DNA from: the human T2T-CHM13v2.0 reference genome, Homo sapiens
DNA: 64,000 nt
NCBI RefSeq assembly: GCF_009914755.1
Contig: NC_060947.1
Strand: one strand, 5' to 3'
Below the pieces are notes generated by a model. The model made no database searches. It was not told the DNA's origin and saw only the letters and a list, made by a program, of their open reading frames with translations. Positions within the stretch are counted from its first letter, which is position 1, and every line of letters starts with the position of its first letter. The position numbers and the translations under genes were made by a program. This document shows positions 32,937 through 46,818 of the stretch, piece by piece.

Positions 32937-33374
32937 TGTGGCAGCCATGGAGGGGTGCAGTTCAGATTTTTCTTCAAGAGCAAACCTTCTGGAAAGATTA
33001 TAGCCAGTTGACAAGTTCCAGCTGTGATGTCTTTGGTCCCTATTGCAGCATTTTTGCCCAAGGTATGTTCTCAGGCAGCTCTAGGCAACGACTGGGTACA
33101 TATTGTGTGCTGGTTATTTCTATCCAGTGCTCCAGAGTCCTCTCTTGAACTGGAGGAGATGTTTAAAAGTATACACCATAGTCTGAGGCTCTTCCTAGCC
33201 TATGATCCCCAACCCTTCCTTTTGCATGTGACGGATCTATATTGTTCTCTGAAAGCTTTTACTGCCTACTCATACTCTCTCTTCCCTTTTATCTATCAGA
33301 GTGATTACTTCCATAAATCTTTTGTACTTCTAACCTTGTCTTGGTATCTGTTTCCTGGAGGATTTAAACTGACA
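32937..33374 (+). mobile_element. LTR16-family ERVL LTR
   Basis: tgtggcagccatggagg...ttcaagag ... cttgtcttggtatctgtttcctggagga...aactgaca. Confidence 0.6.
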
Positions 33375-33437
33375 TTCTTTGGTGGAGCCAAAACTTAAAC
33401 AAAGGTCTTCTGACTCCAAGATCATTACAGAGCTGCC

Positions 33438-33760
33438 ATATTATATATGTAATATATCAATATATAGTATAATTATAATGTTAATATATAATACATTATA
33501 TTAATATAATATAGATGATATATACTATATAACTATGTAATAGATATATATTATATATTATATGCATATTATATAATATGTATATTATGTTATATATTAT
33601 ATATTGTTATATGAATATTATATAATATGTATGTAATATATAATGTATATTATAATGTATATGTATATGTTATATAATATGTATATATTATATAGTGTAC
33701 ATATATAATTATATATATTATATATACATATACATATTATATAATATATATCTATTACAT
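33438..33760. repeat. AT-rich (TA)n-like low-complexity tract containing a 23-bp inverted repeat
   Basis: Almost entirely A/T; atgtaatagatatatattatata at 33535 and its reverse complement at 33738-33760. Confidence 0.9.
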
Positions 33761-34399
33761 TGGGAGCTATTTTGCATACCCACTGGGACTATCTAGATGA
33801 AACTCACTAGATTAACTATTGTGTGGGTTCACCACAGCCCAGGCTGTGTATGGTTGTATATGAATAGAGCCAGTTTTATAGAATGCAGACTCTTGTGGCT
33901 GAATCCAATGTATTCAAGAGCAGTCGTTCATTTGGGAGGAGGATTGAAATAAGTCAATAGTTAATGTGCTAGTGAGTCCAACTCTGAATCTTGTTCACTG
34001 CTTTCCATAAAATATTTCCTGTGAGCTTTCAGTGGATATAAAGCAAAGGTCTTTCCTGCCCCCATACCCCTGCAGGAGTTACCTAAAACTAATTGCTTAC
34101 TTCCTCAATGCCCAACTGAGATCAGCTACATTGAAAGAATGGGGGTTTGGAATTGGATTTGAGGTAACAGTAGGGAAGAGGTGATTTTTGGAGTGCACAG
34201 AATGCATCTGGGGAAGACTGATGTATCAGCATTAGGTAGGTACTTTACCTAGGAGGTGGGGAATTATGAAGAACTGTAGAACCAAAAGGCAATCCAGACC
34301 TATGTTGGCTGCTTTGCATTTTTACCTGGAGCCCCTAGTTAGCAAGATTCTTTGTGATGTCTCTTCCATCCACGTCTTCAGTTAAAACATACATGAACA

Positions 34400-34900
34400 A
34401 TTAGACTTTATTGAGCACATACTATATGCCAAACTCCATACCAGGAGTCTTTGGCGTTCCCAAACATAATATGAAGAGACATATGTGAATATGACTTCTA
34501 ATTGCAAGGCAGGCTATAACCTGGACTCTAATAAAGGACTAAGAGAAAAAAATAAACAGAGAGATTGGTTCTGAAAATGACTCTTTAGTAAGGTTTATTA
34601 AAGTAATTGATCCAAGGGTTGGGTATACAAAAGGAGTAAAAGTTAAGCAAAACAGACATTCCGAACAGCAGTGATAGTATAAAGAATGACACCAAGGTGA
34701 ATGATGACATTACATTTGCAGGAAACAAACAAAGCTCTTTGAGTTCTGTTGGTGTCAAAAACAGGAAATAGTGGAGGATGAGTGAGTGCTGTCACGGAGG
34801 TAGAAGAGCCCAGGTCACACATGGTCTTTGTGCTAAATTAAGGGAGCATGAATTCTGTCCATGGACAACCAGGAGTTGCTGACAAGTGTAAGTGTCTGTC
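34400..34900 (-). mobile_element. L2 fragment
   Basis: tttattgagcacatactatatgcca is the antisense L2 tail. Confidence 0.55.
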
Positions 34901-36059
34901 TTCAGTGGTGGGAGTGTTTATTATTTTTTACATTAATAAGTCTAACTTTGAAGCCTGCCATGTCCTGAATATAGCTACAAAAATACCCACTGTGCACGCT
35001 ATTGTATTTACATACTAAAAAACAGTAGGCAGTGGTGAAGCAGCTAAGCCTCTTTAGATTTCAGATTTTAGATTTAGTTTTTTCATCTGTAAAATGAATA
35101 TGATCTCTAAGGTTCCTCCCACCTTATACTTGTATATTCTGTTCTTAATAACTTGTCCAGACACAACTTAGATGATGATAGCCCTGGCATGAAAATGTAT
35201 CTGAATTGGGTCTATACCATTAATGTGAAGTAGCTAAGCAATTAGCAGTTTAACTGGACAGCGTAGTTGAGGTTCCAAAGTAGATTTATTTAAATTGGGT
35301 GAACTATCTGGATAAGACTTGTCTACTGTCTGAAAGGCACACTATTTAGCTTATATTTTTTTAAAACCAGTGCTTTGGTTTTGCATTTGAAATCTGATGC
35401 TTATTTTGCATTGGTCCCTCTGCCTCAAGAAGCAGTGGCCTGTCAGGCTTACTGATATTTAAACATGTGGGAAATGCTCCCAGGTAACCCCAGTCGTTAA
35501 ATCTGAAGGCTTGTTGGGTCCAGGGAGGCAGCCCAGGCAGGCAGCTGCATAATTGAGTACTGTTCTGGGTCTTTCATTTTATTTTAAAGCATATTTTTAA
35601 CCACGTTCTTTCCAGTTAACCATCTCTCTGGTTATTATGAGGAGCTGATTTCTTCAGCACACAATAATTGCAAAATTATGACTCCATGGCTGTAGACATA
35701 AGTGTTGTCTTGCCTATCTGGCAAATCACGCAACAAGGGAATTTAGGATTTGGGAGGCACTTAGAAGTCATCTCATCTACAGCTCTGATTTTACAAATAA
35801 GGAAACCATTGGGCCAGTGTGCCTTTTTAAAATTCACAAGTATTGGTACTCACTTCTTTTTTAGTCTTATTCCTCCTCCTCATCTACAAGAATATTGGAC
35901 TTTACTTTTCATAAAAATGTGATTTCCTACCAGTTTAATGCTCTTGGTGATAACTATGTAGTTTGGCTAGAGAATGGAATCTCGCGTCAGTGTGCTGGCA
36001 AGTTATTCGTTTAGCTATTCCTGAGGGGTCTCATTGCTGTTTCACAGTGATCTTCTTGA

Positions 36060-36690
36060 ATGTAAGTTTGTTCAACAGTTATTCAGCTTCTTTTATTGGG
36101 CTGTTATTGTTCTCTCTGAGATGAGTAAGACATGTTCTCTACTTTGAAGAGCTCACTATTTGGGAAGGAGGGTGGACACTCTAAAATGTAACTGCAATTT
36201 AAAGTGGCAAGTATTTAAAAAGTGAAATAAATGTAGGGACAGAAATGAGGGAAGAATTAGTTCCACCTGAGATATGAGAGATTGACGGAGAGCGTGTGAC
36301 ATTTGAGTTGGCCCTGGGAGGAGAAGAGGGGTGTGGCAGGTACTTGAGTTTCAGAGGCTTGATGTGTGAGAAGACACTCTAGGCAGGGTAATGACTCAGT
36401 CACTCAAGCATACAAGAGCATGACACATTGAGAAAGTGCAAGAGCTATAGCTGAAGTTGAAGCTGTGTGGCTTCAAAGAGGGCTGGGTGGCAGCCCCAAA
36501 AATTCAAGTTGGAACAGAATTATTGAGAACCTTATATGGCAGCTGAAGGCATATGGGACTTGTCTTCTATTTATTATTCTATAGGTGGTAGCCATTGACG
36601 ATGTGTGAGTGAGACACAGTTTAGAAAAACACCTTTTCAGCTTCAGTGTACAGGATGGATTGGATGCAGGGACATCCATGAAAAGACAAC
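36060..36690 (-). mobile_element. L2 fragment
   Basis: ttcaacagttattcagc...gagatgagtaagacatg...gagctcac...gtgacatttgagttgg. Confidence 0.55.
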
Positions 36691-36792
36691 CATAAATACA
36701 TAGTTATCCCTGACCACAGGAATGTAGCCTTACTTTTCTGTATGTGTCTGGCTTTAGTTGGCATTAAACCCTATCTAGAAGATACAGGATAT

Positions 36793-37251
36793 CTATGTGA
36801 GTCTGCTTGGGCTGCCGTAACAAAACACCACATATTAGAGGGGTGGCCTAGACAACAGACATTTATTTTCTCTCATTTCTGGAGACTAGAATTCCCAGAA
36901 GGAGTCATTGGTTGATTCAGTTCCTAATAAGGCCTCTCTTCCTGGTTTATAGATGTTCTCACATGGCCTCTTCTTTGGTGCAGGTGCAGAGAAGGCGAGA
37001 GAGAGAGAGAGAGACAGAGAGAGAGAGAAAGAGAAAGAGAAAGAGAGAGGAGTGAAAGAAATCTCTAGTGTCCCTTCTTCTTCTTATAAAGACATGAGTT
37101 CTATTGTATTAACACCCCAGTCTTCTGATCTCATTTAACATAAACTATCTCCATAAAGATTCTATTTCCAAATACAGCCACATTGGGATTTGGGGCATCA
37201 CATATGAGGTTTTTTTTGGAGGGGAGGGTGAGCACAATTCATTCCATAACA
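36793..37251 (-). mobile_element. MLT1A/B-type LTR with internal (GA)n
   Basis: gggctgccgtaacaaaacaccaca...atttattttctc...ttccaaatacagccacattgg...ccataaca. Confidence 0.75.
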
Positions 37252-38437
37252 GCAGCTGAGCACCCTTTTTGTCCTGCATAGCAACAATGCACACAAAGTT
37301 GTAGAAAGAGCTTTAATGAATAGACACTCTACAATAACTATCATTTCTGCAGATTACAAATGAAATGCAAATATGCCATAGGAAGATTCTAGCTCTGTCC
37401 AGCGTCACTAACATGTTATCTTCTTGTTTTTCTTCTGGTAGAGGAAACAGAGACTCCTCCTGTGCCCAAGAGTTCAGAGCACTTGGATCACCTGCCATGC
37501 TAATATTTGATCCTGTACTTGGGAAATTTATCCCTCAGCTCTAGGTAACCATTACCTGGTCCTCTGAGCAATCTGTTCCTCTCAAATTCCACCATTGTCC
37601 TTCATGTTTTATTATCTTTTATCCTCTTCCCACAACAACCTCTGGACTTCTCCATTTCCCCAAGTCATAGTTTTTTTCCCTCTCCAATCTCCAGACCTTC
37701 CTATATGTTCTAAACCAACTTCTTTCATCTGAATGGTACACAGAGCAGGATCCTTCAGCCTCAGCTTTCTTTTTTGCAACCTGATATGGGCTGTGTACTG
37801 CGAATGCCGCATCATTTCCCGAACTTCACACCTGAGAGACTAACTGATTAAATGCTTGATGAATGGATGCTAGGAAACATGGCTAATGCCAGCAATGACT
37901 GGAACTAGAAATAGGAGTTGTTTATAGACTTTGTCTAGCTCTGTGTCAAATAGACATACTATAAAAATTTCAGCAGAATTTTAGAATTCTGGTTCTGCTT
38001 ATCCAAAAAATTGTCTTGTGTATCATTTTAATACAAAATTATTCATTGGTCATTACTTACAGATAAGATGGTAATATATGTTGGACAAGCAGTGGTATTT
38101 TCACTTGGAAAATAAGATAAAAATACATATTTGTGAAAAAACATCAGGTACAAATGATAACATGCTGTATCTCCAGCCCTTATAACTAACAGTGGCCTGG
38201 ATATTTGTAGAATTAATGCAAAGATGAGATGATATTTAACATTGATTAATTCAACAAAAATATATTTGTGTACACCTTAGTGTTAATGATTTGCTAAGGG
38301 CTGACGGGTCTAGCAGGGGTAAAACCTGCTCGCATGCCCATTTTCCTAGAATACCCCTCGTCTACACCAGGTACTTATGATCTTTGACGCTACAGTTTTG
38401 TGAGGGATCCACAGAGGAAGGCAGATAAATTAGCCTA

Positions 38438-39210
38438 ATCCAGAGACAAACTTTGTAAAGAACCATATAGTCCATATTTTAGGCCTTTTGATCTCTCTAG
38501 TCTTTGTTGCAAACCCTCAACTCTGCCTTTGTAGCATGAAAAGAAAGCAATAGACAATATGTAAATGAGTGGGTATGGCCATGTTCCAATAAAACTGTAT
38601 TTATTTATTTAATTAATTTATAATTTCAACTTTTCTTTTAGATTCAGAGGTTATATGTGCAGGTCTGTTACATGGGTATATTGTGTGATGCTGGCGTTTG
38701 GGGTATGACTTATCCCATCACCCAGGTAGTCAGCATAGTTTTTCAACCCTTGCCCTCCTCCCTCCCTATCCCCTTTAATAGTCCCCGGTGTTTATTGTTC
38801 CCATCGTTGTGTCCATGTATAATCAATATCTAGTTCCCACTTATAAGTGAGAACATGCAGTGTTTGGTCTTCTGTTTCTGCATTAATTCACTTAGGATAA
38901 TGGCCTCCAGCTGCCTTCTTGTTGCTGCAAATGACATGATTTCATTCCTTTTTATTGCTGTGTAGTGTTCCATGATGTATATGTACCACGTTTTCTTAAT
39001 CCATCCTCCACTGATGGACACCAAGGTGGATTCCATATCTTTACTATGGTTAACAGTGCTGTGATGAACACATGCATGCATGTGGCATTTTGTAAAATGA
39101 CTTATTTTCCTTTGGTTATATACCCAGTAATGGGATTTCTGAGCAATAAAGCTTTATTGACAAAAACATTTAGGCTAGATTAGGCCCATGGCCTGTTTGC
39201 CAGTCTCTGG
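38438..39210. mobile_element. MER58A-like hAT MITE split by L1
   Basis: atattttaggc...ctcaactctgcc.ttgtagcatgaaa...gccatgttccaataaaac; resumes at 39144. Confidence 0.75.
38602..39143 (-). mobile_element. L1PA15/16-type 3' end, 5' truncated
   Basis: ttcaactttt.ttttagattcagagg...cccacttataagtgagaacatgc; 15-bp TSD caataaa(a/g)ct(g/t)tatt at 38587 and 39144. Confidence 0.88.
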
Positions 39211-39545
39211 AATTAATATGGGAGCTACTGGGGTGAAAGTCAGGTCACCTTCATACACAAAAAAATTGTAGAATTTGGGAACTGAATGGACTCTACAGAC
39301 ATTGCTCTTTGTTGTTCTCAGATAGCAAAATCCCAACCCTGGTAAATCCAGCCCTACTTATCTATTGCAGTATGTGAACACAAATTGAGAAAAGCAAAGG
39401 ATCATGCTGACAGATTTCCATTTAAATTCAAGTGAGTCCTTAGCGCTACCCAGAAATCCTACTTATTTACCTGACATACTCATTATCCCTCTCCCCCAGA
39501 AGTCTTTTCTATGTCTTACCTTTCTCACCTGGACTCCATCACCTC

Positions 39546-39890
39546 TGTTGCAGCAATAAAGGTGTGTACCTGAATGTCCCCACGGAAAAAATCTGCAATT
39601 CAGCTGCAGGGAGTGCAACTAACTGACAGCCTACAACCATTAGCTCCTTGAGGAAATGCCTCAGCTTTCCAGGTGGGGCCACACGCTTCCTATGTAATCA
39701 TTAGCCGATGACTGGATACACTGGAGGTGCAAGGACCTGGCCATTTTGGCCAAGGTGGAACTCCTCTAAATTTTTCTCTTTGCCCTGGAGAACTGTTTTG
39801 GGTTGCCAAAAATTTTTCAAATCTTATCACTGCCTGAGGTTTTCCCTACCTGATGCTGTTTACTCCACACATCCTTTTCACTGTCCAAAC
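39546..39890 (+). mobile_element. LTR16-like ERVL LTR fragment
   Basis: cagctgcagggagtgc...ctgacagcct...gccacacgcttcc...gatgactgga...cctggccatttt. Confidence 0.5.
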
Positions 39891-40424
39891 ATGCAGCCTC
39901 CTTTTAGACAGAAATATAATATGCAACGTGCAAAAACATTAAAAGCTGACTTATTTTTTTTCTGGTCTCTGCATTTAAAAAATGTGTTTTGGCAAAGGAT
40001 TAAAAAATAATGTTTTATCTAGTTAAAGAAGAGCACTGAGTCATCGTGCAGCTAGTGGTTGCTGATGACTAGCTAGATTCTCTGCAAACCTCCCATTGCA
40101 CCATAAGCTTTGAGCCCTTCTCCCTGGAGACTAAGGCAGCAGCTCCAACACCAAAGAGCCTCACTGACCAAAAGATAACAAGATGTGAAAAGGACTGACA
40201 GCTATTTCTCCACACTATTCAGAATAATATTGGAGTCTGTACCTTCCTATAGGGCTCTCTGTCTCCCCAGTGACTATGCCACGGAAATGTATTTATTGCA
40301 TTTTACTCTTTAGACTTGAATTTATAATACAAGAAAAAATTTTGCAAGAGAAGCATAGGGCTCAAATCGTTATTTTGGCTTGCTGTTGATTGTACGGGTA
40401 CAACATCAACTGGCTGATTGTCAT

Positions 40425-40720
40425 CTAATATTTATATGTCTTGTGTGTATAGTGCTTTGCAGTTGAGAGAATTCGCCCTCCACTATTGCATGTGAATCTT
40501 CTAACAATCTTGTGAGGGGAAAAGGACAGACATTGTTTGTGTTTTACATATATGCACAATGAGGTTCATAGAGGTTGGGTATAATTATCTATCTCTTACA
40601 AATAAGGACAATGAACTTCATAGAGGTTATGTGCTTCTTTCAGTGTCACAAAGCAAGAAAATGCAAAAGCTGTCACTAAATCCTAAGATTTTCAAGTCTC
40701 ACTGAGACTCATTCTACTGC
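40425..40720 (-). mobile_element. MIR
   Basis: aatcttctaacaatcttgtgagg...ttacaaataaggacaatga...agaggtta...gtcaca. Confidence 0.6.
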
Positions 40721-40964
40721 ATTACATGCCTTGAGAGATATTACTCTGACAAAATACAAGAAGACATCGTGATTTCAGTCCGAGCTTTTGTCAAATATTT
40801 CTTGTGCATAATAACAAATATGGAATATTTGCTTCCTTATTCTATTTACATGAGATGCAAAAAACAATAAATTGTTCAATAATGAAAACTGCTTTGAAGT
40901 ATTACTTGCGTGTTCTGCTTAAGTGTTAAAAGCTGACTGTTGTTTATATTCGCTAAGAGCCTAT

Positions 40965-41195
40965 TTTTTTATAGTAAGAGATTTATTGGCTGGAACTAAC
41001 TGCACAGTTGTGGGACTGGCTAGTCAAGTCCAAAATCCATAGATGCAGTTTGCCAGAAAAAGAAGGCTAGAACTCTTACACCTGGGCTAAAGCTGCTGCC
41101 CACCATGGAGATTTCTTCCTCTGTGAAGCCTCAGCTCTGTTCTTTAGGCCTTTTGACAGGTTGAATCAGGCGCACCCAGATAATCTAGTATATAG
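40965..41195 (-). mobile_element. MLT2-family LTR fragment
   Basis: gagatttatt...gtgggactggc...aagtccaaaatccatag...aggcctttt...aggcgcacccagataat. Confidence 0.55.
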
Positions 41196-41689
41196 CTGTA
41201 TTTTTGTGAAAGACTAATTCGATTGTGACTCATAGTGAAAGTTTAGTGGACACAATGACTCAGAAATGAAAGAAACAAGTGAATTATGTGCCAGTGTCAT
41301 TTGGCTATCAACCAGCATGCTGAACTACAGGACTCAGATGCATCAGTAAGTCACTGACCATACATGACTGTTGAAAACATGTCAAATGATTTTTTTTTGG
41401 CTCAAGGAAACAAATGAAATTGCTCAGTTACGCAAGTTTTTTTTTCTTTTGTAGCTCTCCAATTAAGCAGAATACATTCATTAAAATTAGAAAGTTGAAT
41501 TTAGAATAACTTAGGCTGCTGGAATTTTTAAATGGGTATTTATACTTATCATATTAAAAAGAAATAAGAGATATAAAGCTTATGAAAATATGATTTAATA
41601 TACTTTATTCAAGAGAAGAAATTTGGAAAGAAAATACATGTATTTTAATTTGTTTTTATGAAAGCAATGTGTAGATACCATCTTGTCAT

Positions 41690-42110
41690 AAAAATAATTT
41701 CAAATAATGCAGACTATAGGACAAAATGGAAACTTTGCCTTTAATTTTGCCTTCCTTTCCCAGAAACAACCACTGTGAACAATTTTACGGATATCTTTCT
41801 AGCCCTGTTTTGTACAAATATACCTTTTTATATAAATTGGACTTTGCAGTGTGTATTATTCAAACACTCTCTTATTTTCACTAAATGTTGTATATTAGAC
41901 ATTGTTCTATGTCAGTGTATACATCATCCTCTTTAAATATATCATTTTAATGTATAGTATGGTTGTTACTGCAACTTATTTGCCCACTATCCAATTAATA
42001 CGCATTTAAGTTGTCTTTCAACAATGATATGGTGCACATTTTTGTCTGTGCCTCATTGTTCACATAAGGATAAATACTCAGAAACCAAACCGTGTGTTTG
42101 AAGAATCTGT
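41690..42110 (-). mobile_element. Ancient L1ME 3' region (continues at about 53155-54730)
   Basis: cccagaaacaaccactgtgaacaattt...gcatttaagttgtc; reads on after the L1PB tail as aaatttccctccaa. Confidence 0.55.
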
Positions 42111-45100
42111 GCATTTACAACTCATGTCAATTGAGAGAAGGGGCAGAGCAAAATGGCCAAATAGAAGCGTCCACCAATCATCCTCCACAGAGGACCACCA
42201 AACTGAACAACTATTCACACTCAAAAGCGCCCTTCTTAAAAACCAGAAAATTAGGTGAATTATCACAGTACATGGCTTTCACATCATAGCAAGGAAAGAG
42301 GCACTGGAGAGGATAGGAAAGACGGTCTTGAGTTACCGAATCCACCCTTCTCCCGTCCTGAGGCAGCAGCCACATAACATGAAGAGAGAATCTGTGCATT
42401 TGGGAGATGGAGAGCACAGTGATTGTGTGACTTTGCATTGAAACTCTCTGCTTTCCCCATCACGGTGAAAGCAACACCAGGCAGAACTCAGCTGGTGCTC
42501 ATGAAGGGAGCATTTAGACCAACCCTAGCCAGATAGGAATCACTCATCCCAGCAGTCAGAACCTGTGAACTAAAGTGCTCTGTGGTTCTAAATAAACCTG
42601 AACTTCAGTCTAGGTCACAGGATTGTAATTCCTGGGTAAGTCATGGAGCTGTGCTGGGCTCAAAACCAGTGGAAGTGGGGTGCATTCAACCTAGTGAGAC
42701 ATCAGCTGGGGCAGCCAAAGGAGTGCTTCTCCACCCCTCCCTGAACTCCAAGCAGCATAACTCTGCTGAGGTGAGAGTCCCCTTCCTCTTGCTTGTGGAG
42801 AAGGGAGGGAAGACTAGAGGACTTTGTCTTGCACCTTGTATGTCAGCTCAGCCATAGTAGGGTAGGGCACCAGGCAGAGTCCTGAGCCCTAGCTTTTGAT
42901 TGACATTTCTAGATATACTCTGAGCCAGATGGGAACCCACTGCATTGAAGGGAAGAACCCAGTACTGGCAGGACTCATCACCTGCTGATTAAAGAGCCCT
43001 TCAGCCCTGAATAGTGACCTTTGGTAGCCAGGCAGTACTTACTGTGGGCCTCAGATGAGACTAGAAGACATGCTCGCTTCAGATGTGAGTAAGCACATTC
43101 CCTGTTGTGGTGGCTACAGAAGAGAGACACCTTATGCTTGAGAAAAGGAAAATAAAGAGTAAAGAGGACTTTGTCTTGCAGCTTAGGCATCAGCTTCGCC
43201 ATAGTAGGGCAGAGCACCAAGTGGGTTCTTGGGGTCACCAGTTCCAGGCCTATGGCTCTTAGAAGGCATTTCTGGACCTTCACTGGGGCAGAGGTGAGCA
43301 CACTTCCCTGAAGTGAGAGTCCAAGGCCTGCCAGCATTCACCACAAGCTTACTAAAGAGCCCTTGGGAATTAAGCGGACATCAGCGGTAGCCAGGCAGTA
43401 CATCCCCATGGTTGTGGCCATGGGGAGAGACTCCTCTGCTTGTGGAAAGAGAGGAAGAGAGGAAAAGGCTTTGTCTTGTGGTTTGGGTGGCAGTTCAGCC
43501 ACAGTAGAATAGAGTACCAGGTGGATACCTAAGGTTTCTATCTCCAAGCTTTGACTCCCAGACAGCAACTTTGGACCCAGTCAGGGCCAGGGGAGACTTG
43601 TCACCCAAAGGGAAGGGCACAAGTCTGGCTGGCTTTGCTGCCTGCAGATTATATAGCCATAAGGCCTTCAGCAAACACAAGCAGTAGCCATGCAGTAGTT
43701 ACCATAGGCCTTGGGTAGGACCAAGTGCTGTACTGGCTTCAGGTCTGACCCAGCAAAGTCACAGTGATGGTGGCCACAGGCCTGCTTCAGTCACTCCTCC
43801 GCCAAACTCTAGGGAACTCAGCAGAGAGAGAGACTCTGTTTGGGGGATAGTAAGGGAAGAAAACAAGAGTCTCTGCCTGGTAATCCAGAGAATTCTTATG
43901 GACCTTATCTAAGACCACCGAGGTGGTACCTCTATGAGTGTACAAGATCCTCACTGCTTTTGGGCTTGGGGTGTCCTCTAATGAAGATATGGTCGCATTG
44001 ACCAAAAACTTAGATCACAACACCCAAGTTTCTTGAAATACCTCAAAAGCCTTCACAAGAAGGACATGTACACACAAGCCGACTGCAAAGACTACAATAA
44101 ATATGTAACTCTTCAATGCACAGACATTGATCAACATCCACAAGAATCAAGACCATACAGGAAAACATGATCTTACAAAAAAACCAAACAAACAACTAAA
44201 TAAGGCACCAGGGACCAATCCTGGAGATACACAGATATGTGACCTTTCAGACAGGGAATTCAAAATAGTGGTCTTGAGGAAACTCAAATAAATTGAAGAT
44301 AACATAGAGAAGGAATTCAGAATTCTATCAGATGCATTCAACAAAGAGATTGAAATAATTGAAAAGAATCAAGCAGAAATTCTGGATTTGAAAAGTGCAA
44401 ATGACATACTGAACAATGCATCTGAGTCTCTTAACAGCAGACTTGATCAAGCAGAAGAAAGAATTTAGTGAGCTTGAAGACAGGCTATTTGAAAATACAC
44501 AGTCAGAGGAGAGAAAATAAAAAAGAATAAAGCATGCCTACAAAAATCTAAAAAATAGTCTCAAAAAGGCAAATCTAAGAGTTATTGGCCTTGGAGGTGG
44601 TAGAGACAAAAAAGGGGCAGAAACTTTATTTAAAGGGATAATAACAGAGTACTTTCCAAACCTATAGAAATATATCGATATTCCAGTACAAGAAAGTTAT
44701 AGAACACCAAGCAGATTCGACCCAAATAAAACTGCCTCGAAACATTTATCATTACATCCCAAAGATCAAGGATAAAGAAAAGATTCTAAAAGCAGCAAGA
44801 GAAAAGAGACAAGTAATACACAATTGAGATTCAGTACCTCTGGCAGCGGACTTATCAGTGGAATCTTTACAAGTCAGGAGAGAGTGGCATGAAATATTTA
44901 AAGTGCCAAAGGAAAAGATTTTTTTTATCCCAGAACAGTAAATCTAGTGAAAATATCCTTCAAACATGAAGGAGAAAGAAATGCTTTCTCAGACAAACAA
45001 AAGCTGAGGGACTTCATCACCACCAGACCTGTCCTACAAGAAATGCAAAAGGGAGTACTTCAATCTCAAAGAAAAATATGTTAACAAACAATAAGAAATC

Positions 45101-46402
45101 ACCTGAAGGTACAAAACTCACAGGTAATAGTAAGTAAACAGAAAAACAGACTATTATAACACGGTAATTGTAGTACCTAAACTACTCATACCTTGAGTAG
45201 AAAGATGGATCATTAACCTATCTAAAATAATTGCTACAACAAATTTTCAAGATACAGACAGTATAATAAATTATAAACAGAAACAACAAAATGATAAACA
45301 GTGGTGGGATAAAGTTCAAGTGTAGAGTTCGTAACAGTTTTCTCTTTGATTGTTTGTTATTTAGTTTGTTTTTGCCATCAGTGTTAGGATTTCATCAGTT
45401 TAATATAATGGGTTATAAGATGTTATTTGTATCATGGTAACCTCAAATTGAAAAACCTACAACAGATACGCAAAACATAAAAAGTAACAAATTGAAACAT
45501 ATCACCTGAAAAAAGTCAACTTTATAAAAAGAAAGGAAGAAAGGAAAGAAAAAAATAAAGAGACCAAAAAGCACCAGAAAACTAATAAAAAAAATGGCAG
45601 GAGTAAGTCCTTACTATCAATAATAACATTGAATGTAACTAGACTAAGCTCTCTAATCAAAAGAAGTAGAGTGGCTGAATGGATAAAAAAGAAAAGACCT
45701 GACAATCTGTTTCTGACAAGAAAAAGGTTTCTCCTATAAGTATACATGTAGACTAAAAACAAAAGGAAGGAAAAAAGTATTCCGTGCAAATGGATACCAA
45801 ACCAAGTTAGGAATAGCTATACTTACATCAGTAAAAACAGATTTTATGAAAAAAAACTTTAAAAAGGCACAAAGAAGGTCATGCTATAATAATGTGTGAA
45901 TTCAGCAAAAGGTTATTACAACTGGAAATATATATGCACCCAACACTGGAGCACCCAGATAAATAAAACGAATATTATGAGCGCTAAAGAGAGAGATAAG
46001 CCTCAATAAAATAATAGCTGCAGACTTCCACACTCCAATTTTAGCATTAGACAGTTCATCCACACAGAAAATAAACAGACATATCAGACTTAATCTACAC
46101 TATAGGCCAAGTGGACCTTTTAGACATTTACAGGACATTTCATTCAAGAGCTAGAGAATACGCAATCTTCTTCTCAGCAAATGGATCATTCTCAAAGATA
46201 GACCATATATTACACCACAAGATAAATGTTAAAAAATTAGAAAAAGAAATTGTTATCATTTCAAATATCTTCTCTTACTACAATGGAATAAAACTAGAAA
46301 TCAATAACAACAGGAATTTTGGAAACAATATGAACACAAGGAAATTAAACAATATGCTCCTGAGTGACCAGTGAGTCAATGAAGAAATTAAGAACAAAAT
46401 TG

Positions 46403-46818
<416 letters not shown>

